Below are positions 1 to 9,291 of a stretch of 64,000 bases of DNA, one piece after another. The notes below the pieces were generated by a model. The model made no database searches and was not told the origin of the DNA. It saw only the letters and a program-made list of their open reading frames with translations. How positions within the stretch are numbered: position 1 is the stretch's first letter; each line of letters opens with the position of its first letter. The position numbers and the translations under genes are program-made. Source of the stretch: an uncultured Rikenellaceae bacterium (lineage in GTDB: Bacteria > Bacteroidota > Bacteroidia > Bacteroidales > VadinHA17); NCBI GenBank assembly GCA_964633505.1, contig CAZWHC010000001.1, positions 596,015 through 660,014 of the forward strand, written 5' to 3'.

Positions 1-133
1 TTTTGTAATTAGGGGTAAATTTACGAAGTTTGAACCGTATTTGGATTTTTAGCAGATAATTATTATTAACAGAGAATCGATATCATTACGTTATCAGACC
101 GGTACCCTGATGATATATCAAACAGGCTTATGA

Positions 134-1723
134 ATGGGTTTCAGAAAGATTGATAAAATTTCATTACTGGCATTGCTTCTGGTTATCCAGGTGATGTTCA
201 GCGAATCCTACTCGCAGGTTACTGCCCGGAAGCCATCCCGTCAGGCTGCCCTTGATGCATTTGCCAAAGGTGATTATGAGAAGGCTTATCTTGAGTTTGA
301 TATCCTGTTGCAGAACTACTCAAGAGACCCCCTGTACAAATATTACAAGGGTGTCTGTCTGGTAAAGATGAACAGGGATCCTGAATATGCCCAGGAATAT
401 CTTCTCGATGCTCTGAACGGAGCTCTCGATATCAGGAGTGTTCCCGATGATGCATGGTATTATCTCGGACGTTCGCAACAGATGGCGGGCAGGTTCACTG
501 AAGCCGTAAAATCGTATAATACATATGAAAACAAGGTCGGAAGAAAGATAGCCAGAACGATGAATGTTTCAGGGTATATCCAGGAATCGAAGGAAGGGAG
601 GGGCAGGATAAATGAATCGGTTGCAGGCGCTGCAAACCAGGCTTCACCAATATCTCAGCAGGCGGTCCTGACTGATACTCTTGGTCTGAAAACAAAAACC
701 CGGGTTTCCGAAAACTTACCTGCGACTGAAAAACCTGTTCAGATCAGGGAGGAACTCCCGGAAGATTATGACAAGGTTCTGACGGAGGCTATGAATTATC
801 AGGTAAAGGCCGATTCAATTACAGCAAAAGCTTCGGAGGCTAAAAGCAAACTTGGCAGGATGCCTGCCGACCAGCAGCTTAATGAAAAGTCGAGGATCGC
901 CGAAATGGAGGCCCAATCGGCAGATTATCAAAAGCTGGCTGATAAGAAATTCAGCGATTCCTCCAAAGTGACTTCCGTGCAGCCGGCAATATCCGGATCC
1001 CCGGCACAGCAGGTAAAACCTGTTCCGAAAGAATCACTTTCTTCATTTAAAATAGAAACAAATCCTTCAGTTGCGGCAAAGCAAAAGATAGCTTTTGAAA
1101 GCCAGCTGCCGGAAGGCCTGGTTTACAGGATACAGATAGGGGTTTTCAGCAAACCTGTTGATGCTTCCTTTTTCAAGGGTATTTCGCCGGTGGCAGGATT
1201 CAGCATACCGGGCAGTGATGCAAAAAAATATTTCGCAGGTATGTTCAGGCGTATGTCCGATGCCGGAAGCGCCCTTCTTCTGGTCAGACAGATCGGGTTC
1301 AGGGATGCTTTTATCAATGCTGTCATGGACGGCAAAGCGGTTTCCGTTGAGAGGGCATCGATTCTTGAAAAGGAATGGGGACAAAAGCCATTGTTCAATG
1401 CTGCTCCGGCACGGAAGACTTCAGGGGAAGCTGTTTCCACGCTTGTATACAGGGTCGAGGTGAGCCGTAGTCCCAAACCTGTAAGTAACGATATATATGA
1501 GAATTACAGTACGATGGCAGGAAACAGGGGATTTGAGGTGATAAACTCAGACGACGGTGCATTTGTATATCTCATTGGAAAATTCATTACCTTTGAAAGC
1601 GCTTCCGAATATGTCGGTCTCCTTAACAGAAACGGCTACCGCGAAGCAAAAGTGGTGGCATATCTGGGTAGTAAGGAAATACCGCTTGAAACCGCCAGAC
1701 AATTATTTGAAAGCCAGAAATGA
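134..1723 (+). CDS. TPR-like + tandem SPOR-like domain protein, signal-anchored
   Basis: 529-aa ORF with an N-terminal hydrophobic segment and TPR-like helices, then two SPOR-like modules ('YRIQIGVFSKP...', 'YRVEVSRSPKP...'). Its stop overlaps the clpS start (ATGA). Confidence 0.55.
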   Translation: MGFRKIDKISLLALLLVIQVMFSESYSQVTARKPSRQAALDAFAKGDYEKAYLEFDILLQNYSRDPLYKYYKGVCLVKMNRDPEYAQEYLLDALNGALDIRSVPDDAWYYLGRSQQMAGRFTEAVKSYNTYENKVGRKIARTMNVSGYIQESKEGRGRINESVAGAANQASPISQQAVLTDTLGLKTKTRVSENLPATEKPVQIREELPEDYDKVLTEAMNYQVKADSITAKASEAKSKLGRMPADQQLNEKSRIAEMEAQSADYQKLADKKFSDSSKVTSVQPAISGSPAQQVKPVPKESLSSFKIETNPSVAAKQKIAFESQLPEGLVYRIQIGVFSKPVDASFFKGISPVAGFSIPGSDAKKYFAGMFRRMSDAGSALLLVRQIGFRDAFINAVMDGKAVSVERASILEKEWGQKPLFNAAPARKTSGEAVSTLVYRVEVSRSPKPVSNDIYENYSTMAGNRGFEVINSDDGAFVYLIGKFITFESASEYVGLLNRNGYREAKVVAYLGSKEIPLETARQLFESQK

Positions 1724-1995
1724 AAGAAAAGACAATACGGAAGAATGACAAGCTGAGCAGCGAGGGGGAAAAGCACTCGCTGGTCCTTTACAACGATGAG
1801 ATAAATACTTTTGATCATGTCATTAAATCGCTTGTTGAGGTTTGCGGACATGATGCCGTACAGGCTGAACAGTGTGCCCTGATAGTACACCTGAAGGGTA
1901 GCTGTGAGATAAAGCTGGGTATAAGGGAAGTGCTCATGGCTATGAGCAGGTCGTTAAATGCCTTAGGTCTAAATTCACGGGTAATAAGCTTCTGA
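1720..1995 (+). CDS. clpS: ATP-dependent Clp protease adaptor ClpS
   Basis: 91 aa. The core 'LVLYNDEINTFDHVIKSLVEVCGHDAVQAEQCALIVHLKG' is typical of ClpS. Confidence 0.85.
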   Translation: MKEKTIRKNDKLSSEGEKHSLVLYNDEINTFDHVIKSLVEVCGHDAVQAEQCALIVHLKGSCEIKLGIREVLMAMSRSLNALGLNSRVISF

Positions 1996-2017
1996 TATTA
2001 TACCCCGTTTCCCGCAC

Positions 2018-2470
2018 TTAATTACCGGGATTATCCTTTTTACGGAAGAAACTGTTAAGTGCGATATCGAAAAACATCAGGATAAGTACCCCCGGCACTA
2101 CATAACCAATCCAAAGAGGCACAGCTGAATTTTCAAACCAGGAATTATCAAACCGCGGAAGGGTTATTTCAATATCATTGAAGTATGACCATACTGCAGT
2201 CCCAAGGGAGCCGTTATTACCTGCAGGGATAAATATTGCACATAAAACCAGGGCTATTGTCACAACCGCTGATACAATTGGTACAATGTTACTCAGCAGG
2301 AAGCTTCGACGTGCCGGTTCCGATTGTTTTTCGATCATGATCCTTGCCATTGTTTTAGCAGAGAATCCTTCCGGAGCCTTTTCAGTCTTTCCCTGATTCA
2401 TGAATTTCCGGAGGAGATCGTCGTGGTTTGTATTTTCCTTATTCATTGTAAAATACGTTTTTCTTTTCAA
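2018..2470 (-). CDS. putative membrane anti-sigma factor
   Basis: Lies immediately downstream of, and overlapping, the ECF sigma gene. It has a cytoplasmic N-terminus followed by two TM segments. The true start may be the internal 'MNKENTN' at 2446. Confidence 0.45.
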   Translation of the reverse strand: MKRKTYFTMNKENTNHDDLLRKFMNQGKTEKAPEGFSAKTMARIMIEKQSEPARRSFLLSNIVPIVSAVVTIALVLCAIFIPAGNNGSLGTAVWSYFNDIEITLPRFDNSWFENSAVPLWIGYVVPGVLILMFFDIALNSFFRKKDNPGN

Positions 2471-3032
2471 CGGTTTTAATAATGTCAGCCATCTTCTGCC
2501 TCGCCCTGAATAACCTCACCTTGATGTTCTGCTTCCTTATACCTGTGATACGGGCAATCTCATCGGTCTCAAGATCATCATAGTAATAAAGGGTGATAAG
2601 ACCTCTCTCTTCTTCCTGCAGTTTTTGCAGTGCAAAATTAACAAGAGAATTCCTGTAATTATCAATTGCCTCATCTTCATTCTTGCTTTCCGAAAGAAAA
2701 TCGACTGCATCGGCAGGGAATTCCTCAAGCGAAAGTACACGTATTCCCCTTGCTCTTACAAGAGAGATAGATGTATTATATACTATCCTGTACAGCCACG
2801 TCGAAAAACTGCTTTTTTTCCTGAAATCCTTGAGCGACCTGAAGGCTTTCAGAAAGGCGTCCTGTGCTATTTCCTCAGCTTCTTCCCTGTTGCCGCAGAT
2901 CCTGAAAGCAAGGTTGAAGGCCTTATCCTTATGCCTGTCGATAAGATATGAAAAGGCATTAAGGTTGCCGGCAAGAACTTTATCAATATATAATATGTCT
3001 GAATTCTTTTCCATTCCTGCACTTTGACGCAT
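2439..3032 (-). CDS. RNA polymerase ECF-type sigma-70 factor
   Basis: 197 aa. Region 2 ('AQDAFLKAFRSLKDFRKKSSFSTWLYRIVYN') and region 4 ('EIARITGIRKQNIKVRLFRARQKM') are recognisable. Confidence 0.85.
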   Translation of the reverse strand: MRQSAGMEKNSDILYIDKVLAGNLNAFSYLIDRHKDKAFNLAFRICGNREEAEEIAQDAFLKAFRSLKDFRKKSSFSTWLYRIVYNTSISLVRARGIRVLSLEEFPADAVDFLSESKNEDEAIDNYRNSLVNFALQKLQEEERGLITLYYYDDLETDEIARITGIRKQNIKVRLFRARQKMADIIKTVEKKNVFYNE

Positions 3033-3109
3033 AAAATCAGGAAGCGGTTACCTTAAAATGAAATTTTCTTTGCTGTAATAGTAAGATTTCTGAACCATTT
3101 TTATTCATT

Positions 3110-3210
3110 CCCTTTGTGAATCCTTTGTGCTTACCTTTGTGCCCTTTGTGGTAAGAAAAAATTTTACCACGAAGTTACACAAAGGTTAACACTAAGTAAC
3201 ACAAAGTAAT
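3110..3210. repeat. palindromic word-repeat element: (CCTTTGTG)n - GTGGTAA..TTACCAC hairpin - (CACAAAG)n
   Basis: Four 'cctttgtg'-type words sit left of a central 7-bp hairpin (3148-3170). Inverted 'cacaaagg/cacaaagt' words sit to the right. Confidence 0.8.
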
Positions 3211-3322
3211 ACAGTATAACAATAATAAAAATAAAATATACAGATTAAAAATTTTAGGATTTATGAAACCGGAACGGTTGTATCCATGTCTAAAGGGTGA
3301 AATTAAACCAAAAAACACAGTC

Positions 3323-3667
3323 ATGGAAACATTAATTGCTTTTATTGCATTATTTGCAACAGTATTCGGGATCATGTACCTCCATTACACTACCCGCAAC
3401 AAGGAACGGATGGCCCTTATAGAAAAAGGAGCTGATGCAAGCCTTTTCAATACGGGTAAGGAAGGCAAACCATCATACAGCTGGGGCAAGGTCACTCTTA
3501 AAATCGGAATGCTCCTGATGGGCATAGGCCTCGGTATCATTGCAGGCGCCATTTGTGAATCGGCAGGTCTGTTCCCGGAGGAAGAGACAGGCTATTTCTC
3601 GATGATATTCCTTTTTGGCGGCCTCGCTCTTGTACTGTTTTATCTTTTAGACAGAAAGAACAAATAA
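3323..3667 (+). CDS. small integral membrane protein (unknown function)
   Basis: ORF 3263..3667. The likely start is 'METLIAF' at 3323. It has three hydrophobic helices and no recognisable motif. Confidence 0.4.
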   Translation: METLIAFIALFATVFGIMYLHYTTRNKERMALIEKGADASLFNTGKEGKPSYSWGKVTLKIGMLLMGIGLGIIAGAICESAGLFPEEETGYFSMIFLFGGLALVLFYLLDRKNK

Positions 3668-3830
3668 CAAAATTTTCTCCGTGTCAATCCCTGTCTCTGT
3701 TGTGAAAAGATATTTTTACCACGGAGACCACGGAGAAAACACAGAATTATTTTCGGAACATCTCCGTGCAACCCCGTGTTCTCCGTGGTGAAAAACTAAT
3801 CTTACCACGGAGATCATTTGTAAAATTCCT
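3668..3830. repeat. two palindromic word-repeat elements: CTCCGTG ... TTACCACGGAG
   Basis: 'ctccgtg' words pair with inverted 'cacggag' words around 'gtgaaaa..ttaccac' centres (3677-3736 and 3761-3822). Confidence 0.8.
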
Positions 3831-3831
3831 G

Positions 3832-5106
3832 TCACCTTGTATAGAACTCGATCATCTTTGTTACTGCATCGCGGCACACGGTGCAGTAGCCTTTAGGTCC
3901 GTTACTCTTCATCCTGCAATCCATCTCAGGCCTGAAAATCCCTTTGGCTGAATATCCTCCTCCTTCAAATAACCCGGTTACACCTGCATATTTTTCTTCT
4001 GCCGGTGTCGGAACAGGAGTCCCGGCCCTGATGAGCTTCTTCCATTTTGAGTCGAAACTTACCATTGTTGTGATATTTGGTTCCCATGGCTCAACGTTCA
4101 GAGGATAAAATTCCTCATATGCCACCTCCGATGAATAATATTCATCAGCCAGTCCTGCGAATCCATGGCCGAATTCATGAATAAAGACTTTTGCTGACAG
4201 AGGGTGCCCCGTGGTGGTCCCGCTGTAATAGTTGTAAACACCTCCTCCACCGTATAAGGTGCTGTTTATAAGCACTATTATGTTATCGTGTGGAGCATTT
4301 GCCGCAAAGTCGTTAACCGATTCAATATCCTGGGTCGTCAGATACCTGTCGGTACCGAAAGTGTAAAAGCTTGAATTCAGGACTGTATTACTAAATACAT
4401 TTTTTCCGGGAATGTCAGTTCCCGATTCGGCCGAAACGGCTTCCACCGCCCATATGTTTATTTTATCGCGGTAGCTGCTGAAAGGAGCCTCTGCAAAAAG
4501 TACATCTGCCATAAGCTTTACATCGTCCCTGAACTTTCCCATTTCCGCGGCAGTATATCCTTCCGCGATAAAAGCCAGGTCGACGCTGACTGCAGGATTT
4601 CCATTGCCATAAATTCTTGTAACGTTTGCAGTTGCAGGTTTTTCTTTCCTTATATAAATGTCGGCAGGGTCGATTACAGTTTCATGAAGCATGGTGAAGC
4701 TGCCGTCTTTCTGCCTCATACTCATTACAAATCTGACCTTTGCCTTTGGAAACGGCATAGTTGCCACCTCATAAAAACTGCGTTCAGTGGTTTTGGCTTC
4801 AGCGGTTGTCTGCCATTCCTGGAAAAGCGTGCAGAATCCCCTCGAATAAATCAGAGTGTTGGTTGCCTGATCGTAAAGTTCATATTTAAAATTACCGTAA
4901 TTGAAAGTATCAATGAGGTTTACTTTCGATCCGCCATAGAAAGGTTCTTCTTTCATACCTTCGGGATAGACGACTGTTTTCAGTGCCGATCCGGCAAACA
5001 TGAAATCGTAACGAAGGACCCTGTCAGTGAAATATTTGTCAAATGTGGTTTGTCCTGCGAGTGATAAAGTGCACAGAACCAGTATTAAGGATGATATTTT
5101 TTTCAT
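3832..5106 (-). CDS. M64-family (IgA-peptidase-like) zinc metallopeptidase, secreted
   Basis: HEXXH motif in 'VFIHEFGHGFAGLADEY'. A signal peptide follows the internal start 'MKKISSLILVLCTLSLAG'. The track ORF extends to 5154. Confidence 0.8.
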   Translation of the reverse strand: MKKISSLILVLCTLSLAGQTTFDKYFTDRVLRYDFMFAGSALKTVVYPEGMKEEPFYGGSKVNLIDTFNYGNFKYELYDQATNTLIYSRGFCTLFQEWQTTAEAKTTERSFYEVATMPFPKAKVRFVMSMRQKDGSFTMLHETVIDPADIYIRKEKPATANVTRIYGNGNPAVSVDLAFIAEGYTAAEMGKFRDDVKLMADVLFAEAPFSSYRDKINIWAVEAVSAESGTDIPGKNVFSNTVLNSSFYTFGTDRYLTTQDIESVNDFAANAPHDNIIVLINSTLYGGGGVYNYYSGTTTGHPLSAKVFIHEFGHGFAGLADEYYSSEVAYEEFYPLNVEPWEPNITTMVSFDSKWKKLIRAGTPVPTPAEEKYAGVTGLFEGGGYSAKGIFRPEMDCRMKSNGPKGYCTVCRDAVTKMIEFYTR

Positions 5107-5207
5107 TCGGTAGTGAATAATGGTTGTTGTCATAAAGCTATTAATTATCATCAATAAGGATAAAGATTTTAATTAATTTTGCTGCCAACAGGTAAATACT
5201 TTACATC

Positions 5208-6425
5208 ATGGCTGACCTTAACACGAGAATTAGCGATTTCATCTGGGCAAATCTGAATGAAAAGCATGTTTCCGGAAAGAGGGATCAATTCTGGGAAGCT
5301 CTGTCGAATACGGGGACCGAGTTATGGCTCGATACAGGCGACATTGAAGAAGCAGAAACTAACTGGTCCGCTGAAATGAGCGCTCTTACAACAAATAATA
5401 CCCTTCTTAACAATGAAATTCAGAAGGGTATCTACGATATTTTCATTTCTGAAGCCCGGCATCTGCTGAACGGACTGCCCGTTGAGGAAAAGGTTAAGGA
5501 GATTGCCTTTATGACAAACGCCCGCCATGGTCTCAGGCTTGCAACAAAGTTCGGAGGATATGTAAGCGTAGAGCTTCATACGGATACGGCACACGACATA
5601 AAAGCTATTGAATATTACGGGAAACGCTACCATGAGATCTGTCCCGACCAGTTCATAATAAAGGTGCCATTTACTGCCGAAGGGCTTATAGGGGCCAGGA
5701 AGCTTCGCGATGAAGGTGTAAGGATCAACTTTACTCTTGAGTTCAGCGCAAGGCAGAATGTACTTGTCACACTCGCAGCCAGACCTGATTATGTAAATGT
5801 TTTTCTTGGAAGGATCGGCGCTTTTCTCATGGATAACAAACTTGGCGACGGATCGGGAGCGGGAGAAATGGCCGTAATCTCATCACAGAACTGGGTAACA
5901 GGATTATCGGCGCGTAATCCATGGCAGACAAAAGTGATAGCGGCCAGCCTCAGACATCATAACCAGCTCGATCTGCTTGCCGGTGCAGATGTATTTACGA
6001 TGCCTCCGAAAGTGGCGGCAGCAGGAAAGAAAGAGCTTAGCGGCAATTTCAGCCTCCGGACACATGAGAATTATGATGTGAATCTATATCAGTCGGCAAA
6101 CGACGCCCATATTGAAAAATTCTGGGAAGTCGACGACAGGGTACTCCAACTTGGAGAGCGGCTCTCGGCTAAAATGCCATCTACGGGTCAGGAGCTTATC
6201 CGTATCGCCCATGGCGAGGGTTGTGAAGATATGTTCCCGATTCTCTCAAAAGAGGAAAAGGATATAATTGTTCACGACGGGAAGATACCAGTTTACTCAA
6301 AATGGCAGGAGAAGATAAGGGCCGGTAAGATTGCCCCTGACACGCTGCTTACGCTTGCCGGTCTGGCCTCATTTACAAAGCATCAGGAGATGCTCGACCA
6401 GCGTATCCTGGGAATAATTGGCTGA
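5208..6425 (+). CDS. transaldolase-family protein
   Basis: 405 aa. 'IIKVPFTAEGLIGARKLRDEGVRINFTLEFSARQ' matches the Schiff-base lysine region of transaldolases. Confidence 0.7.
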   Translation: MADLNTRISDFIWANLNEKHVSGKRDQFWEALSNTGTELWLDTGDIEEAETNWSAEMSALTTNNTLLNNEIQKGIYDIFISEARHLLNGLPVEEKVKEIAFMTNARHGLRLATKFGGYVSVELHTDTAHDIKAIEYYGKRYHEICPDQFIIKVPFTAEGLIGARKLRDEGVRINFTLEFSARQNVLVTLAARPDYVNVFLGRIGAFLMDNKLGDGSGAGEMAVISSQNWVTGLSARNPWQTKVIAASLRHHNQLDLLAGADVFTMPPKVAAAGKKELSGNFSLRTHENYDVNLYQSANDAHIEKFWEVDDRVLQLGERLSAKMPSTGQELIRIAHGEGCEDMFPILSKEEKDIIVHDGKIPVYSKWQEKIRAGKIAPDTLLTLAGLASFTKHQEMLDQRILGIIG

Positions 6426-7166
6426 TCAGACAGATCTTTGCCTGGCAGTTTCGTAGAGAAGTATTCCGGCTGCCACCGAAACATTCAGGGATGCAATATT
6501 CCCTGTCATCTGTATTTTAACGCTCTGGTCGGCCAGCGTAAGAAGTTCCCTGCTAATGCCTTTATCCTCGGCCCCCATTATTATCACAACAGGACCTTTC
6601 AGATCTGCCTTTGAAATTTCGAGCCCCGATTTTTCAGTTGCAGCAATCACCTTCAGTCCCGATTGTTTCAGGAATTCAACGGAGCGGACTATGCTTTTTT
6701 CGCGGCATACAGGAAATGAATGAAGCGCTCCTGCAGAAGTTTTTATCGCATCAGCGGTGATCCTCGCAGATCCTTTTTCAGGTATCACTATCCCGTGTGC
6801 TCCGAGACAATCAGCGCTTCTGACTATGGCGCCGAAATTCCTTACATCCGATACTCCGTCAAGAGCGATGATCAGTGGGTCTTCGCCTTTTTCAAAGATC
6901 ATCGGGAGAAGGTTCTCAACCTTTTGAAATTCAATGAGCGACAGCCATGCCAGCACTCCCTGATGGTTTTTTCGCGTCACAAGTTCGATCCTCTCAACAG
7001 GGACTATCTGAAAGGGAATATTGAATTTCCGGACTTCAACCATCAGTTCATGGTAAAGCGGACCCTGAAGGCCCTGACGAACAAGCAGCCGCTCAACAGG
7101 CTTTCCTGCCTTTATTGCTTCAATAACAGGCCTCAGGCCAAAAATGCAGTCAGATTCCTTTTGCAT
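6426..7166 (-). CDS. rlmB: 23S rRNA (guanosine-2'-O)-methyltransferase RlmB (SpoU/TrmH family)
   Basis: 246 aa. It has an N-terminal substrate-binding domain ('FGLRPVIEAIKAGKPVERLLV') and SpoU motifs ('LDGVSDVRNFGAIVRSA', 'MGAEDKGIS', 'SLNVSVAAGILLYE'). Confidence 0.8.
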   Translation of the reverse strand: MQKESDCIFGLRPVIEAIKAGKPVERLLVRQGLQGPLYHELMVEVRKFNIPFQIVPVERIELVTRKNHQGVLAWLSLIEFQKVENLLPMIFEKGEDPLIIALDGVSDVRNFGAIVRSADCLGAHGIVIPEKGSARITADAIKTSAGALHSFPVCREKSIVRSVEFLKQSGLKVIAATEKSGLEISKADLKGPVVIIMGAEDKGISRELLTLADQSVKIQMTGNIASLNVSVAAGILLYETARQRSV

Positions 7167-7168
7167 GG

Positions 7169-8506
7169 TTAAAGATCTTCGGGATTATCGAGACGGAAAA
7201 CAATGCCTTTCCTCCATGACGCAATTGCTTTGTCCCAGTATGTTACAAGGGTTTCACTCCTGCTGAGGTAAAAGTCGTTCTCCGAGTACTTGTTCTGCCT
7301 TGTCCTGAAATTGAACCATATATAGTCTTCCTTCAGATGTACCCTTCCTCCCCATGTTGATTTTATGACAGGCTTGCGGTAACCCCAGCTCTCACCGTCA
7401 TTGCTCTTGTAGACCTTGTCGGGAGGTCCGTAAATTGTATAGATCATCCCCCGTTCGGTTCTCCATCCTTCCTTGAAAGATGTGAAATAATAGTTCGAAT
7501 ATAATATTCTTGTATAGTAAATCCTTATAAGCTCTCTCGACCTGTCGACATTTCCGCCGCATTTTATCCAGAATTCATCGAGTGCGACCTTGGACCGCGT
7601 GGATGCCCGCATTGAATTCATCTCATCCTCTGAAGCAAGATATGCCAGCGGTTCAATCATTACCTCCGGAGAATTCATAGTGGGGTAAGCATCTCCGAAA
7701 TTAAAAAATGTGTATCCTTCCTCACTGTCCCTTTCTGTCGAGCAGAAATACACACCATCGCCGGGGAACATAAGAGGAATTGTATCCGAGTATCTTACAG
7801 CAACAACAGTATCAGGAGGATAATCAATAGTTTTCTCAGGCAGAAGCATTGAAGGAGGATAAGGGATATCCTTCAAAGGTTGATAGTATGCAATAAAAAG
7901 GGAGTCGGCCGTTCCCAAGGGGTAGACAAGGTTTACATATTCATTAGCCCTTACAACAGGATTGAAGAGCTCATTTTTCATAAAATGTCCTCTTGCAATG
8001 AAATTATATCTGTTTGTATAAGAGAGAGTATTGAAAGGGACAAACGCCTGGATAACTTCTGCCCGGAGCTTGTCGAGTATTTTTACTTCGGCATTGTAAA
8101 CCATCCCATGTTCAACTCTCAGTCGTATTTTATAAACATACTCCTGCCTCCCTTCAGTTTTGACAATATTGGCATCGACATATGCAGTATCGGCAAGTAT
8201 CCTGCCGCTGGTGGTGTTGAAAAGCTTCACTGTGACAAGGATCTGGGCCATAGGTATTCCCTGCGGATTTGCCTCGGAAAAGAACAGATCTGTTGCAAAG
8301 AATTTGACCGACAGGATTGAAGCCTGATCCGTTTCATTGTAAATGCTGAATCGCGGCTTTATTGAGCTTTTTGTGGGATTGTAAAGATATGAAAGATCCT
8401 TTGTATCGACGGCGACCCTCTGGGTGGAGCTGCAGGAAAAAAGTGCAAGGCCGGCAAAAGCTGCCAGCAGCATCCTTAAAACACCTGAAGAATAATTACG
8501 GATCAT
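7169..8506 (-). CDS. GWxTD domain-containing protein
   Basis: 445 aa with a signal peptide. The C-terminal 'EGWRTERGMIYTIYGPPD' matches the GWxTD motif. Confidence 0.7.
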   Translation of the reverse strand: MIRNYSSGVLRMLLAAFAGLALFSCSSTQRVAVDTKDLSYLYNPTKSSIKPRFSIYNETDQASILSVKFFATDLFFSEANPQGIPMAQILVTVKLFNTTSGRILADTAYVDANIVKTEGRQEYVYKIRLRVEHGMVYNAEVKILDKLRAEVIQAFVPFNTLSYTNRYNFIARGHFMKNELFNPVVRANEYVNLVYPLGTADSLFIAYYQPLKDIPYPPSMLLPEKTIDYPPDTVVAVRYSDTIPLMFPGDGVYFCSTERDSEEGYTFFNFGDAYPTMNSPEVMIEPLAYLASEDEMNSMRASTRSKVALDEFWIKCGGNVDRSRELIRIYYTRILYSNYYFTSFKEGWRTERGMIYTIYGPPDKVYKSNDGESWGYRKPVIKSTWGGRVHLKEDYIWFNFRTRQNKYSENDFYLSRSETLVTYWDKAIASWRKGIVFRLDNPEDL

Positions 8507-8532
8507 ATTAAGGTAATTTAAAATTTCACTTG

Positions 8533-9291
8533 TTAATTACATGCTTTCCACATTATCCTCAGCCTGCAGAGCTCTTTGTTATCATCAGGCCGTACTATGA
8601 GATGATCATACATTTTATCCTCACCACCGACGCCGGAAGTCCTTATTACTATATTGTCGCTGAACCGCGATTCGGCAAGATAGTTTATTTCAGCTGAAAC
8701 AGGTACATTATTCATTATAAAATCAAGGTCATAACTATCTGTCACCCATCTCAGGTATCTGGCATTGTTGGTGTGAAGATTGACATCGAGATCACTTATC
8801 TTTACAGTGAAAGGCGGCCCCGGTTCCGGCATTTCTGCGGCAGGTTCCAGTTTATCAGCGTTCCTTTCAAGAATTCCCCTTATGTCGGGCATGAAGTTGA
8901 GCCTCGAAAGATCTTCGTCGGGCCGCTTTACCCTTTTTGTCGAGTAATCCACTATCAGCCACGAAGAGGTACCTCTTGCAGCTATCCTTCCATCGCTGAA
9001 CCGGGCTTCAAAATCCCTTAAAGCAAAAAGCCTGTCGGTACCCCTTGGCCAGGTCCTGATAATTAACTTTTCACTCCACCCCGGCAATTCTTCAATTCTT
9101 GAATAAATCCTTGAAAGGACCCAGAAATGATTGTTCTTCATCAGTTCATCCCTTCCGTACCCAAGCTTGACTGCATGATCGGAAGCAATATCCTGAAAAT
9201 AATCAAAAAGAGCCGAAAGGCTTAGTTTCCCGTCGGGACCGGTTTCATATACATGAACCTCATAACCTTTTGTAAATTCCGGATATTCCAT
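8533..9291 (-). CDS. acyl-[acyl-carrier-protein] thioesterase
   Basis: 252 aa with double hotdog-like organisation. The N-terminus 'YEVHVYETGPDGKLSLSALFDYFQDIASDHA' is typical of FatA/B-type thioesterases. Confidence 0.7.
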   Translation of the reverse strand: MEYPEFTKGYEVHVYETGPDGKLSLSALFDYFQDIASDHAVKLGYGRDELMKNNHFWVLSRIYSRIEELPGWSEKLIIRTWPRGTDRLFALRDFEARFSDGRIAARGTSSWLIVDYSTKRVKRPDEDLSRLNFMPDIRGILERNADKLEPAAEMPEPGPPFTVKISDLDVNLHTNNARYLRWVTDSYDLDFIMNNVPVSAEINYLAESRFSDNIVIRTSGVGGEDKMYDHLIVRPDDNKELCRLRIMWKACN

